A DNA stretch of 64,000 nucleotides, from assembly GCA_029881725.1 (NCBI GenBank), contig JAOUMB010000004.1:26729-90728 (forward strand), written 5' to 3'. This DNA is from Nitrospirota bacterium (GTDB lineage Bacteria > Nitrospirota > JACRHL01). Positions 50,570 through 60,594 of this stretch are shown here, in pieces. The stretch's first letter is position 1, and every line of letters starts with the position of its first letter. A model generated the notes under the pieces. It saw only the letters and a list, made by a program, of their open reading frames with translations, did not search any database and had not been told where the DNA came from. The position numbers were made by a program, and so were the translations under genes.

Positions 50570-53500
50570 TTACCCCACTCCGCCACCCCCCGGTGTTTCA
50601 ATCACCAGCTGGTCCCCCGCCCGCACCTCCACACTGGCCTTTCCGGGCAGCACTTCCAGACGGCCACCGGCGCGGATCAGGATGTTCGAGCCGCTGGCGC
50701 CATCCGCGCCACCGTGCAGGCCGAAGGGCCGGGTATCCCGCCGTTCACACACCAGACTCAGGTGCAGATCGGCCAGAAATTCAAAGTGACGCACCAGCCC
50801 GTCTCCCCCCGGCCACCGCCCCGGCCCGCCGGAACCGGGGCGCAGCGCGAACTGCTTTAAACGCACCGGGTAGCGCGTTTCCAGCACCTCCGCATCGGTG
50901 ATGCGGGTGTTGGTCATGTGGGTGTGAACCCCGCTGGCGCCGGGGGTGCCGTCCGTATCCCCCGCCGGGCCGTGCCACGGGGCCACCGCCCCGGCCCCCC
51001 CCGCGATGGTTTCGTAATAGCCCCATCCCGGACGGGTGCGTTCCGCGGCGCCAGGGGGCCCAAAGGTCAGGTTGTTCATGGTGCCCTGGCTGGCGGCGGC
51101 GCGGCCCACGGCGGCCAGCAGCACGTCCACCACCCGCTGGCTGACTTCCACATTGCCCGCCGCCACCGCCGCGCCGGGGGTTGGGTTCAGGCACGACCCC
51201 TCCGGTATTACGATGGTCACCGGTTCCAGACACCCGGAGTTGAGCGGGATGCGCGCGTCCACCAGGGTGCGCAGCACATAGATCACCGCCGCCTTGACCA
51301 CTGCCGGCGGGGCGTTCAGGTTGCCCTCCACCTGCATGCCGGTACCCGCAAAATCCACCGTCATCTGCTCGCCCGCCACGGTCAGGGTCACGGAAATGGG
51401 GGTGCCGTCGTCCATCCGGTCGGCAAAACGGTGCGCCCCGTCCGGCAGGCGGCGAATGGCCCCGGCCACCTGGGCCGCCGCGTTGGCCTGCACATGCCCC
51501 ATGTAGGCGGTTACCATGGGCAGCCCGTACTGCGCCACCATCTGCATGAGCAGCCGCACCCCGTGCTGGCCCGCCGCCACCTGCGCCTTCAGGTCGCCCA
51601 GGTTGCCCTCCGGATCCCGCGCCGGCCAGGGCCCGGTGGTGAGACGGGTGCGGATTTCGTCCTCCAGAAAGCGGCCCGCGCGCACCAGCGGCTCGGCGGC
51701 AAACACGATGCCCTCCTGTTCCAGCGAGGTGGAAAACGGCGGCATGGAGCCGGGGGTGATGCCCCCCACGTCCGCGTGGTGCCCCCGGCTGGCAGTGAAA
51801 AACGCCAGCTTCCCGTCGATGAATACCGGCGTCACCACCGTAATGTCCGGCAGATGGCTGCCCCCCAGCGCCGGGGCGTTGGTGACGAACACATCGCCAT
51901 CGGCCATGTGCGGATGGGCTTCCGCCACGGCCTTTACGCTTTCGCCCATGGCCCCCAGATGCACCGGAATGTGCGGGGCGTTGGCCACCAGACCGCCGTT
52001 CGCGTCGAACACCGCGCAGGAGAAATCGAGCCGCTCCTTGATGTTGGTGGAGGTGGCCGTATTTTGCAGCACCGCCCCCATCTGCTCGGCAATGGACATG
52101 TACAGGTTGTTGAAGATCTCCAGATGCACCGGGTCGGCCACCGTGTGATGGGCGTCCGCGGGGATGGCCACCCCCGCACGGTCGGTCAGTTCCAGCGTGC
52201 CGCCGGCCAGCACCGTGGCGGAAAACCCGGGGGCCAGCAGCACCGTTCCGGTGTCCTCCAGAATCAGCGCCGGGCCGTGGATTTTCTGGCCGGTGGCCAG
52301 CGCCTCGCGGGCGTACACGGGTGCCTCCACCCAGCCGCCGTCGAACCACACCGGCGCGGTGCGCTCCGGCGCCGCCGGTACGGCTCCGGCCCGTGGCGCG
52401 GGCAGATGGGGCCGGGAGCCGGGGCCGATCACCTCCACCCGCAGTTGCACGATCTCCACCGGGTGGTCCCCCCGCAGGTGGCCAAACCGTTGCGCATGCA
52501 GGGCCTCGAACGCCCCGCGCCAGTGGCCATCCGGCGGCGCGGTGACGGTAAGCGGGGTTTCCGTGCCCCGATAGCGCAGGTCCATGCGGCGGATGACGGC
52601 CACCATATCGCCCCGGTATCCCTGCGCCCGGATCGCCGCCTCCCCGTCCGCCGCCAGCCGCTCGAAGGCCGGTTCGGAGCCACGAATCCCGTCCCCGTCC
52701 AGGGTTGCAAAGCCGCCCGGCGCTTCGCCGTTCCAGGTGGTATCGGCCAGCCCCATGCCAAGGGCGGACAGCACCCCGGCCAGCGGGTGCAGCAGGATTT
52801 TCCGGATGCCCAGTTGGCGCGCAATGGCGCACGCGTGCTGTCCCCCCGCGCCGCCGAACACCACCAGCGGGTAATCGCGCACGTCCACCCCGCGCGCCAC
52901 GCTGATCTCCTTGATGGCCTGGGCCATGCTGGCGTCGGCGATATGGATGAATCCCCCGGCCACCTGCTCCGGGGTCATCGGGGGGGCATCGGCGGGCAGG
53001 TCGGCATTCACCCGGTCGGCGATTTCGCGCAACGCCTGGTCCACCCGCTCCTGCTCCAGGGGGAACGGAAAGCGGTCCGGCAGCACCCGCCCCAGCGCCA
53101 CGTTGATGTCGGTAATGGCCGGTTCCGAGGCCGCGAACCCGCCGTCATCCCCCTTCAGCCCGTAACAGAGCGGCCCCGGCCAGGAGCCGGCGCTCTCCGG
53201 CCCCACGGTAAACCGGAACCCGTCGTAACGGCACAGGGAGCCCCCCCCGGCGGCCACCGTGTGAATGGCCATCATGGGGGCCTTCACCCGCACCCCGGCG
53301 GTGACGGTTTCATACACTTTTTCAAATTCGCCATCGAAGCGCGACACGTCGGTGCTGGTGCCACCCATGTCGAACCCCACGGCCCGGGGATACCCGGCCA
53401 ACTGCGCCACATGGGCGGCGGCCACCACCCCCCCGGCGGGCCCGGACAGGATGGCGTTGTGGCCCCGGAACGCCCCCGCCCCGGCCAGCCCCCCGGAGGA

Positions 53501-54214
53501 CTGCATGATATACAGTTCGCTGCCGGGCAGTTCCGCCTGCAAGGCAGCCACGTAATCGCGGATCAGGGGGGACAGGTACGCATCCACGCAGGTGGTGTCC
53601 CCCCGGGCGGTAAAGCCGATGCCGGGGGCCACTTCGTGGGAGCACGACACCCACCCGAAGCCGCTCTCCCGGGCGAGTTCCGCAATACGCCGCTCCTGTT
53701 GCGGATGGGCGAAGGCGTGCAGCAGGCACACCGCCAGCGCGTCATAGCCATCCTCGCGAATACCCGACAGGGTGGCGCGCACGGCCCCCTCATCCAGCGG
53801 TGTCAGTTCGGTGCCATCGGCGGCCATGCGCACGGATACTTCGGCCACCCGGCCATAGAGGTTTTCCGGGCGGGCAATGCGAATGTCAAAAATTTCCGGC
53901 CGCGCCTGGGTGCCGATGAACAGGGCGTCGGCAAAGCCCTCGGTGACGATCAGCGCGGTGGGTTCGCCCTTGCGTTCCAGCAGGGCGTTGGTGGCCACGG
54001 TGGTGCCCATGCGCACCCGGCACGCCGGAATGGTTGCAGTTTCCGACAGGCCCAGCACGGAGCGGATGGCGATGAGGGGGGCGTGGTCGGAGGACAGCAC
54101 CTTGCGGATGTGGACCTGCCCGTCCGGGGCCAGCGCCACGCAATCGGTAAAGGTGCCGCCGCGGTCGATCCAGAATTCCCAACGGGACGAACGATTGTCA
54201 GGGGAGCCGCTCAT
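50570..54214 (-). CDS. 5-oxoprolinase / N-methylhydantoinase (fused HyuA-HyuB, ATP-hydrolysing)
   Basis: 1214 aa. N-terminal hydantoinase/oxoprolinase A domain ([11 protein letters not shown]) and C-terminal hydantoinase B domain. Length matches fused oxoprolinases. Confidence 0.85.
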   Translation of the reverse strand: MSGSPDNRSSRWEFWIDRGGTFTDCVALAPDGQVHIRKVLSSDHAPLIAIRSVLGLSETATIPACRVRMGTTVATNALLERKGEPTALIVTEGFADALFIGTQARPEIFDIRIARPENLYGRVAEVSVRMAADGTELTPLDEGAVRATLSGIREDGYDALAVCLLHAFAHPQQERRIAELARESGFGWVSCSHEVAPGIGFTARGDTTCVDAYLSPLIRDYVAALQAELPGSELYIMQSSGGLAGAGAFRGHNAILSGPAGGVVAAAHVAQLAGYPRAVGFDMGGTSTDVSRFDGEFEKVYETVTAGVRVKAPMMAIHTVAAGGGSLCRYDGFRFTVGPESAGSWPGPLCYGLKGDDGGFAASEPAITDINVALGRVLPDRFPFPLEQERVDQALREIADRVNADLPADAPPMTPEQVAGGFIHIADASMAQAIKEISVARGVDVRDYPLVVFGGAGGQHACAIARQLGIRKILLHPLAGVLSALGMGLADTTWNGEAPGGFATLDGDGIRGSEPAFERLAADGEAAIRAQGYRGDMVAVIRRMDLRYRGTETPLTVTAPPDGHWRGAFEALHAQRFGHLRGDHPVEIVQLRVEVIGPGSRPHLPAPRAGAVPAAPERTAPVWFDGGWVEAPVYAREALATGQKIHGPALILEDTGTVLLAPGFSATVLAGGTLELTDRAGVAIPADAHHTVADPVHLEIFNNLYMSIAEQMGAVLQNTATSTNIKERLDFSCAVFDANGGLVANAPHIPVHLGAMGESVKAVAEAHPHMADGDVFVTNAPALGGSHLPDITVVTPVFIDGKLAFFTASRGHHADVGGITPGSMPPFSTSLEQEGIVFAAEPLVRAGRFLEDEIRTRLTTGPWPARDPEGNLGDLKAQVAAGQHGVRLLMQMVAQYGLPMVTAYMGHVQANAAAQVAGAIRRLPDGAHRFADRMDDGTPISVTLTVAGEQMTVDFAGTGMQVEGNLNAPPAVVKAAVIYVLRTLVDARIPLNSGCLEPVTIVIPEGSCLNPTPGAAVAAGNVEVSQRVVDVLLAAVGRAAASQGTMNNLTFGPPGAAERTRPGWGYYETIAGGAGAVAPWHGPAGDTDGTPGASGVHTHMTNTRITDAEVLETRYPVRLKQFALRPGSGGPGRWPGGDGLVRHFEFLADLHLSLVCERRDTRPFGLHGGADGASGSNILIRAGGRLEVLPGKASVEVRAGDQLVIETPGGGGVG

Positions 54215-54265
54215 GGGCGGTCATGGTACGGGATGGGTTCCCGAAGACCCAAGAGAGGCAGGATC

Positions 54266-55015
54266 CTACCCCTCCGCCTCCTTCAGCACCCCCGCCTTCT
54301 TCATCACGCGGATCAGCAGGGTAAGCACCGCCACGGCCACCGCCGCGCCGCCCACCATCAGCATCTGATCCTTCACCCCGGCGCCGCCCGCGCTCCACAC
54401 CCGCCAGGCCACCACCGCCAGCACGGTCAGCGCGGCGGTGGCGTCGGTGGTGTATTCCTTCACCACCACGCGGCCCCAGTTGAAGCGGTAGCCCTCCAGG
54501 GTCTTTCCAAGGCCCGCCAGGCGAATGCCCCAGCGCGGGGTGGAGGCCACGTATTCGTCGAACTGCGCGCCGAACTTGCCGCGCAGAAAATTCTCCTCCG
54601 CCGCCACGATGGCGATATACGCATGGACGAAGTAAACGGTGCCGATGGCGATCACCCACGGGCTGCCGTGGAAGATGAACGTGCCCAGCAGGATCATCAG
54701 GTTGCCCACGTACAGCGGGTTGCGGCAGTGGGAGAACATGCCGCCGGTCACCAGGGTGTCGGCATAGACCTTCTTCTGCAGGCCGCCGCGCTTGATGTAT
54801 TCCATGCCCACCACCGTCCAGCGCAGGGCGGCGCCGCCGAACACGATGAGCAGGCCGGCCAGCGCCACCCAGCGGTCCACGCCCGGAAAACCGGGACGGA
54901 ACGCCACAAACAGTGCCAGCATCAGAACGGGAAACAGGGTGTTGCGCCAGCGGAACAGGAAGTTGCCGTAGCGGATCAACATGGACGGGGGTGCGGACAC
55001 GGCGGCTTCGCTCAC
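54266..55015 (-). CDS. membrane methyltransferase of the isoprenylcysteine carboxyl methyltransferase (ICMT/PEMT) family
   Basis: Five or six TM helices and a C-terminal SAM-binding-like region (HCRNPLYVGNLMILLG...E..L..KFG..F..Y). Confidence 0.65.
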   Translation of the reverse strand: MSEAAVSAPPSMLIRYGNFLFRWRNTLFPVLMLALFVAFRPGFPGVDRWVALAGLLIVFGGAALRWTVVGMEYIKRGGLQKKVYADTLVTGGMFSHCRNPLYVGNLMILLGTFIFHGSPWVIAIGTVYFVHAYIAIVAAEENFLRGKFGAQFDEYVASTPRWGIRLAGLGKTLEGYRFNWGRVVVKEYTTDATAALTVLAVVAWRVWSAGGAGVKDQMLMVGGAAVAVAVLTLLIRVMKKAGVLKEAEG

Positions 55016-55806
55016 TTCACCGCCACCATGCAGCAGAAGTTGTACCAGCGGAACGACTCCTCCACGTGCTGGAAGCCTACCTTCTTGAGCAACTCCACGT
55101 TCTCCTCGTAGCGGTAGGGGATCAGCACGTTCTCCAGCGCTTCGCGCTTTCTGGCAATCTCCACTTCGCTGTAGCCCACGCGCTTCTTGTAGTTGTAGTA
55201 ATACTTGATGAAAAGCCGGTTCAGCAGGGTGTGCTCGCTGGTGATCTTTTCCGCCAGAATCAGCACCCCGTCGTCCCGCATGCCGTCGTAGATCAGCTTC
55301 ACCAGCCGCTCCCGGTACAGGGGACGCACAAATTGCAGGGTGAACAGGATGCTCACCACGCTGGCGTTGTCGATCTGCAACCCCTGGTGGATGTCGTTGT
55401 TACGAAACTCGATCTGCCGCACCTTGGCGATCTCCGCGTGCTTCTTGCGCGCCTGATCCAGCATGTCGTCCGAGTTGTCGATGCCGATCATGCGCACGTT
55501 CGGATCGACGGTGGCGTGCATCAGCTGCATGGTGGTGCCGGTGGAGCAGCCGATGTCGTACAGGTTGCTGCCCGGCACCGCGAAGTCACCGGCAATCTCC
55601 GCCGTGATGCGCTGGATTTCGGCGTAGTAGGGCACTGACCGCCCCACCATGTCGTCAAACGCCTGGGCCACGGTGGCGTTGAACTGAAAGTCGCGCATGG
55701 GTTCGTCTTCGTTGGCGAACACGCGATCCACGGCGGGCTGGGGCCGGGCGCCGGAGGCGTCCGCCTGATTGGCCTTCTGGTTATTGGCCGTCTCTTTTCC
55801 GGACAT
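55012..55806 (-). CDS. cmoA: carboxy-S-adenosyl-L-methionine synthase
   Basis: Motifs SVPYY, YDIGCSTG, ILFTLQF, GYSEVEIARKR and FRWYNF match CmoA. 4-nt overlap with the downstream ICMT-like gene. Confidence 0.85.
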   Translation of the reverse strand: MSGKETANNQKANQADASGARPQPAVDRVFANEDEPMRDFQFNATVAQAFDDMVGRSVPYYAEIQRITAEIAGDFAVPGSNLYDIGCSTGTTMQLMHATVDPNVRMIGIDNSDDMLDQARKKHAEIAKVRQIEFRNNDIHQGLQIDNASVVSILFTLQFVRPLYRERLVKLIYDGMRDDGVLILAEKITSEHTLLNRLFIKYYYNYKKRVGYSEVEIARKREALENVLIPYRYEENVELLKKVGFQHVEESFRWYNFCCMVAVK

Positions 55807-55901
55807 GGGGGATATCTGCCTTTGGCGAGAGAAAAAATCGCCTACAGATTAACGGGACAGGGGGAAGGGTGCAAGCACCACGGGGGCGGGTTGGCCGCCG
55901 T

Positions 55902-56270
55902 TCAGACGGCGTCCGTCTGCTTCAGGCAGTGGGCCACCAGCACGTCCAGCGCCTCCGGGTCGTCCATCCGCGCGCGGTCGAACTGAATGCCCATGCCGGA
56001 CGGCTCCAGATAGGCCACTCTGCCCGGCACGCGCACCTTCACCAGCCGCCGCTCGATGCGGGTCATCCACTGCACCTCCAGCAGCGTGTCGGCGGGAAAC
56101 GGCGTGGTGGTTTCCACGAACGCCCCGCCCCGCCCCAGGGTGCGCATCCACCCGGCCTGCCGCAGGTCACTGTGCACCGCGCGCACCGTCACCCGGATGC
56201 CACGGGCCCGCACACCGGCACGGGGCGTGCTGCGCAACGATTCGGGACTGGATGGGTTGGACGCAGCCAA
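55902..56270 (-). CDS. PilZ-like small protein, paralog A of a 6-gene tandem array (start uncertain)
   Basis: Conserved core ...TPRAGVRARGIRVTV...GWMRTLGRGGAFVET...GMGIQFD...LVAHCL. Candidate TTG start 2 nt after the paralog B stop. The track ORF start at 56408 overlaps B. Confidence 0.45.
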   Translation of the reverse strand: MAASNPSSPESLRSTPRAGVRARGIRVTVRAVHSDLRQAGWMRTLGRGGAFVETTTPFPADTLLEVQWMTRIERRLVKVRVPGRVAYLEPSGMGIQFDRARMDDPEALDVLVAHCLKQTDAV

Positions 56271-56272
56271 GG

Positions 56273-56653
56273 TCAGGACGCTGCCGCCCCTTGTGGAAGC
56301 GCGCGAAAGTGAGCCACCAGGGCTTCGATCCGCGCCGGGTCGGCGATGGATTCCGGGTCCAGTTGAATGCCCATGCCTCTGCTGTCGTGGTGCGCCACCC
56401 AGCCGCACAAGGTCATGCGGACCGTTTGATCCCCCATGCGGGCCAGCATTTCCACGGTCACTTCCGCCTCGTGCGGGATCGGCTGGCCGCTTTCGATATA
56501 CATGCCGCCCGGCGACAGGTTCCGCACCCAGCCGTGCATGGCCCAGCGCCCGTCCTCCGAGCGCACGTCGGCGCGAATCGCCTCATCGGGCAACGGGATG
56601 CGCGGGGCGCGGGTTTCCAACGTACTCACCGGAACGAACGGACGCTTGCGCAT
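56273..56653 (-). CDS. PilZ-like small protein, paralog B (retains NxSxxG)
   Basis: MRKRPFVPVSTLETRAPRIP...GWVRNLSPGGMYIES...GMGIQLD...LVAHF. ATG at 56653 with GGAGAGG upstream. Confidence 0.6.
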   Translation of the reverse strand: MRKRPFVPVSTLETRAPRIPLPDEAIRADVRSEDGRWAMHGWVRNLSPGGMYIESGQPIPHEAEVTVEMLARMGDQTVRMTLCGWVAHHDSRGMGIQLDPESIADPARIEALVAHFRALPQGAAAS

Positions 56654-56671
56654 GAACCTCTCCACTCTCCC

Positions 56672-56712
56672 CATGCCACACCCCCATGCCACACCCCCAT
56701 GCTGCCCCCCAT
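56672..56712. repeat. 14-nt mini tandem repeat (CATGCCACACCCCC x2 plus a degenerate third copy) in the 5' region of paralog B
   Basis: Direct repeat read in the sequence, immediately upstream of the B start codon on the gene strand. Confidence 0.5.
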
Positions 56713-56767
56713 CCCGGGACTCCGGACTGATACCGGACCTTATTCGCTCGAATATACTTTCATTTCG

Positions 56768-56794
56768 GCGGCGCCGAAATGAAACTACACCATA
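56768..56794. repeat. 27-nt perfect palindrome TTTCATTTCGGCG-G-CGCCGAAATGAAA in the B/C spacer
   Basis: Perfect 13+1+13 inverted repeat. No adjacent U-run on the gene strand, so it is not a classic terminator. Confidence 0.6.
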
Positions 56795-56832
56795 TTTCAT
56801 TGATTTTTTTGTGGTTATGAACGGAGTTCAGT

Positions 56833-57207
56833 TTACGGTGCCGGGGGTGGCTTATCTAAATAACAGGCAACAAGCTCGGCAAGCCGCTCCGGATGGGTGA
56901 CCGTTGCCGGGTCAAATTGCAGGGCCACGCCATCGGCATCGCGGTAGACCGACCAGCCGAGCAGCGAAAAGCGCTCGGCCCGCTCCCCCACACGGCCCAG
57001 GAACTCGATGCCGACCTCCGTGTCGGGCGGCATGGGGCTGTCGGATTCCACTCGCATGCCACCGGTTCCCAGGGTACGGACCCAGCCGCTGAACGTCCAC
57101 AAACCGTTCACGCTGCTCACCGTGGCGCGAATACCGCGCACCGGAACCGGTGCGCGGGGAGGGCGGGTTTCCGGGGTCGATACCGGCACCTTCGGGCGGG
57201 GACGCAT
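56833..57207 (-). CDS. PilZ-like small protein, paralog C
   Basis: MRPRPKVPVSTPETRPPRAPV...GWVRTLGTGGMRVES...LLGWSVYRD...QFD...LVACYL. Confidence 0.6.
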   Translation of the reverse strand: MRPRPKVPVSTPETRPPRAPVPVRGIRATVSSVNGLWTFSGWVRTLGTGGMRVESDSPMPPDTEVGIEFLGRVGERAERFSLLGWSVYRDADGVALQFDPATVTHPERLAELVACYLDKPPPAP

Positions 57208-57346
57208 GGGCGCGGAACTCCTGGCTTAAAACCTGTCGCCTGCTCCACCCGGTCCCCACAGGCCCCATCACCCGGCAAACTGTTTACCGGGTACATATCC
57301 CTAAACTAATCGACCGGAACCCCGCCTTTCTTGAGTGCGAAATGAA

Positions 57347-57724
57347 TCAGTTTTCCGTGGGAGCCCGGTTTTCCAGGTAGTGCACCACCAGCTTGCGCAC
57401 CCGGCCCGGATCGGAGATGGAGCCGCGGTCGAACTGCAGCCCGACGCCGCTGCTGTCCTGATACACCACCCAGCCGAGCGCCTTGACGCTGCGGGTGGCA
57501 CTCCCCTGCTTTGCCTGGAATACGATGCCCACCTCGGCGTCGCGGGGCATCGGCACATTGGTTTCCACGAACATGCCGCCGCTGCCGATGGTGCGGACCC
57601 AGCCGTGCATGGCCGACTGGCCGTCGATGGTGTTTACCAGGGCACGCATCCAGCCGGAGGGAACCGGCGCGCGCGGAGATCGGGTTTGTGGGGTCGCCGG
57701 GGGTACGTTAGGACGTTCGCGCAT
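57347..57724 (-). CDS. PilZ-like small protein, paralog D
   Basis: MRERPNVPPATPQTRSPRAPV...GWVRTIGSGGMFVET...LGWVVYQD...QFD...LVVHYL. ATG at 57724 preceded by GGAGG. Confidence 0.6.
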   Translation of the reverse strand: MRERPNVPPATPQTRSPRAPVPSGWMRALVNTIDGQSAMHGWVRTIGSGGMFVETNVPMPRDAEVGIVFQAKQGSATRSVKALGWVVYQDSSGVGLQFDRGSISDPGRVRKLVVHYLENRAPTEN

Positions 57725-57808
57725 GGGGCCTCCAACCTTAAGCCCTCTCACAAAAAACACCTTGCGCCACGGCCTGTCCCCCGACCAGCGGTGACGTGAC
57801 TAAAAAAC

Positions 57809-58186
57809 CTAGGCGGCCGCGGCCTCCGCCGTTTCCAGATAGTGAGCCACCAGGGCGTCGATCCGCTCCGGATCGGTAATGGTGGACTCGTCGAACTGAA
57901 ACGCCACTCCGCTGGTGTCCTGATAGACCACCCAGCCGAGCAGGTTGATCCGCAGCGTCTCCCCGCGATGCGAAACCACGCAGTTGATATTCACCTCCGC
58001 ATCCGGCGGAATCGGCAGGCGGCTTTCCACATACATTCCCCCCGGGGCCAGGGTGCGCACCCAACCGTGCAGCGACCAGACGCCATCCACCGTGCGCACG
58101 TCGGCGCGGATGCGATCGTCGGTCAGTGGCGCGCGCGGGGCGCGGGTTTCCGGGGTCACAATTGGAAGTATGGGTCGCTTGCGCAT
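57809..58186 (-). CDS. PilZ-like small protein, paralog E
   Basis: MRKRPILPIVTPETRAPRAPL...GWVRTLAPGGMYVES...LLGWVVYQD...QFD...LVAHYL. Confidence 0.6.
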   Translation of the reverse strand: MRKRPILPIVTPETRAPRAPLTDDRIRADVRTVDGVWSLHGWVRTLAPGGMYVESRLPIPPDAEVNINCVVSHRGETLRINLLGWVVYQDTSGVAFQFDESTITDPERIDALVAHYLETAEAAAA

Positions 58187-58308
58187 GGCACCTGCCTCAC
58201 ATGGATCCGAAGGTTCAGCCGCCCCGTACACGGGTTCGGCCAGCACTCCTTGTCTTTCGTTTCGGCAACTGCAATCGATTTGTTAAATGGTACCCGGCAA
58301 ACAAGACT

Positions 58309-58689
58309 TCAAACCGGGCTCATGTTCCGGCTTTCCGCCAGGTAATACGCCAGAATGGCCTCAAACTGGGGCCATGCCTTCAGGGACTCGGGATCAAACT
58401 GAATCCCCATGCCGTGGCCGTCCCAATACACCACCCACCCCAGCAGTCTGAGCCGGTGGGGGGAGCGGTCGACGCGGGTCAACAATTCGATGCGCACCTC
58501 GGTGTCGTTCGGCAGCGGCTGGTCGGTTTCCAGATACAGCCCCCCCTCCCCAAGGGTGCGGGCCCATCCGTGGATATGCACACTGGTTACAAGGGGACGA
58601 ACAGTCACCCGAATGCCATTCACCGGCAGTTGCGCACGCGGCGCACGGGTTTCGGGCGTTGCCTCAGGAATAACGGGACGGGCGCGCAT
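58309..58689 (-). CDS. PilZ-like small protein, paralog F
   Basis: MRARPVIPEATPETRAPRAQL...GWARTLGEGGLYLET...LLGWVVYWD...QFD...LAYYL. ATG at 58689 with GGGGGA upstream. Confidence 0.6.
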   Translation of the reverse strand: MRARPVIPEATPETRAPRAQLPVNGIRVTVRPLVTSVHIHGWARTLGEGGLYLETDQPLPNDTEVRIELLTRVDRSPHRLRLLGWVVYWDGHGMGIQFDPESLKAWPQFEAILAYYLAESRNMSPV

Positions 58690-58872
58690 GGGAATCCCCC
58701 TTACCAGAACCACCAAAACCCGCCGCCCGCAAAGGATCGCGAACGGCAGGGTCACCACGCGTTATATTCCTATCGGACAATCTGGCGAACGGGATAACGG
58801 AAACGGAGACTTTTTTAGCCTTTTTTTGGTCATTTCCCCACCTCGAAGAACCGCATACAATCAGGGGTAATC

Positions 58873-59412
58873 ATGCCGCGCCTGTTTATTGCCATCGATT
58901 TCCCCGCCCTCATCCGCCAGCAATTGGCCCTGCCGTGCCATGGTCTCAAAGGCGTGCGCTGGACCCCGGAGGAGCAGTTGCACCTGACCCTGTGCTTCGT
59001 GGGCGAGGCGGATGCCGCCGTTACGGCCGACCTGGCGGAAGCCTTGGGAGAGGTGTCCCTGCCCCCGTTCGAAATGACCCTGCGCGGCATGGGTGCGTTC
59101 CCCCCGCGCGGACGCCCGAACATCCTGTGGGCCGGGGTGGCCGCCGCACCCACCCTAATGGAATTGCAGCAACAGGTCGAAAAGGCTGCAAGAAGTGCCG
59201 GTGTGGCGCCCGATAAACGCCGCTTCACGCCCCATGTGACGGTGGGCCGAATCAAGACCACATCGGACCGGCAGGTGGCGGACTGGCTGGCGCACAACGC
59301 GCTGTTCGGCACGCCCCCATTCACGGTAGAGGCATTTTGCCTGTACTCCAGCGTGCTCAACCCCGCCGGTGCCGTACACCGCCGGGAAGCGGAGTTTCCG
59401 CTCACGCGCTGA
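58873..59412 (+). CDS. thpR: RNA 2',3'-cyclic phosphodiesterase (2H phosphoesterase, ThpR/LigT family)
   Basis: Two HxT/Sx motifs (HLTLCFVG and HVTVGR). 179 aa. Confidence 0.8.
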   Translation: MPRLFIAIDFPALIRQQLALPCHGLKGVRWTPEEQLHLTLCFVGEADAAVTADLAEALGEVSLPPFEMTLRGMGAFPPRGRPNILWAGVAAAPTLMELQQQVEKAARSAGVAPDKRRFTPHVTVGRIKTTSDRQVADWLAHNALFGTPPFTVEAFCLYSSVLNPAGAVHRREAEFPLTR

Positions 59413-59426
59413 ACAAAGGAGCGGCC

Positions 59427-59846
<420 letters not shown>

Positions 59847-59925
59847 GTGCCGCCGTGCCGCGCGCCCGTGCGGTGCGCGCGGGCAGCAACGCCACGCGCG
59901 CATGTGAAAAGGTGTCGGCCGCCGG

Positions 59926-60594
59926 TCAGCGGAAGAACAGCGAGTAACTGATGCTGAAGCCGAGGTTGTTGGCCGTCCCCTTCGCGCCGGAAATCCGATC
60001 CTTGCCAGTGGTCAGGGTAAGGTCCACGCCGGTGTTGATCGAACCGGGCCCCACCATGATGCGCACGCCGCCCCCGATCATCCCCCCATCCTGGATGCTG
60101 CTGTAGTCCTGGCCGACACGGTCGCCCTTGCCTTCAATGCGCACCGCCGCGGCCTTCACATAGGGAACGATGTCCATGCGGGTGGAGGCGTTGAGTTCCA
60201 TGCCAATGCCCTGCCGCAGACGGCTTTCGGTCCACGTTTCCGGACCGTTGTCGATCTTGGTGCGATCGTATTCCACATCGAGGTACATGGCGAAGTTGTC
60301 CGCCACAAACAGCCCCACCGACGCCGTGTCGGGACCGGCGGTCACCATCCAGCTACCGGCGCGGAAACGCTTGTCGGCCCGGGGCGGGGGCTTGACGGGA
60401 TCCGCCTGGGGCAACTCGTAGGCAGATTCGTCCACGGGCGGATCGGCGGGTTTCTCGTCGAATGTGCCGGTCCCGCCCCGGAACCCGCGTTCGGTCCACG
60501 GGGTTTCCGACCACGGAAACTGGGCCCGGGCGTTTGTGGCAAGCCCGGTCATCAGCAGCACGGCACACAGCACCCTGCACAATTGGCGCATCAC
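59926..60594 (-). CDS. outer-membrane beta-barrel protein (OmpW/OmpA-like small porin family, tentative)
   Basis: Signal peptide (LCAVLLMTGLATNARA), alternating amphipathic beta-strands and a C-terminal Phe-Arg. Confidence 0.5.
   Translation of the reverse strand: MMRQLCRVLCAVLLMTGLATNARAQFPWSETPWTERGFRGGTGTFDEKPADPPVDESAYELPQADPVKPPPRADKRFRAGSWMVTAGPDTASVGLFVADNFAMYLDVEYDRTKIDNGPETWTESRLRQGIGMELNASTRMDIVPYVKAAAVRIEGKGDRVGQDYSSIQDGGMIGGGVRIMVGPGSINTGVDLTLTTGKDRISGAKGTANNLGFSISYSLFFR

Noticed and set aside
50918-55111. 1397-aa ORF on the plus strand
   Set aside because: Antisense to the well-supported oxoprolinase and ICMT-like genes. Low-complexity Arg/Gly/His-rich translation.
56056-56782. 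Plus-strand ORFs (199 aa, 176 aa) overlapping PilZ-like paralogs A and B
   Set aside because: They are antisense to the conserved paralog family. Their translations are Pro/Arg/Gly-rich and not conserved between repeats of the array.
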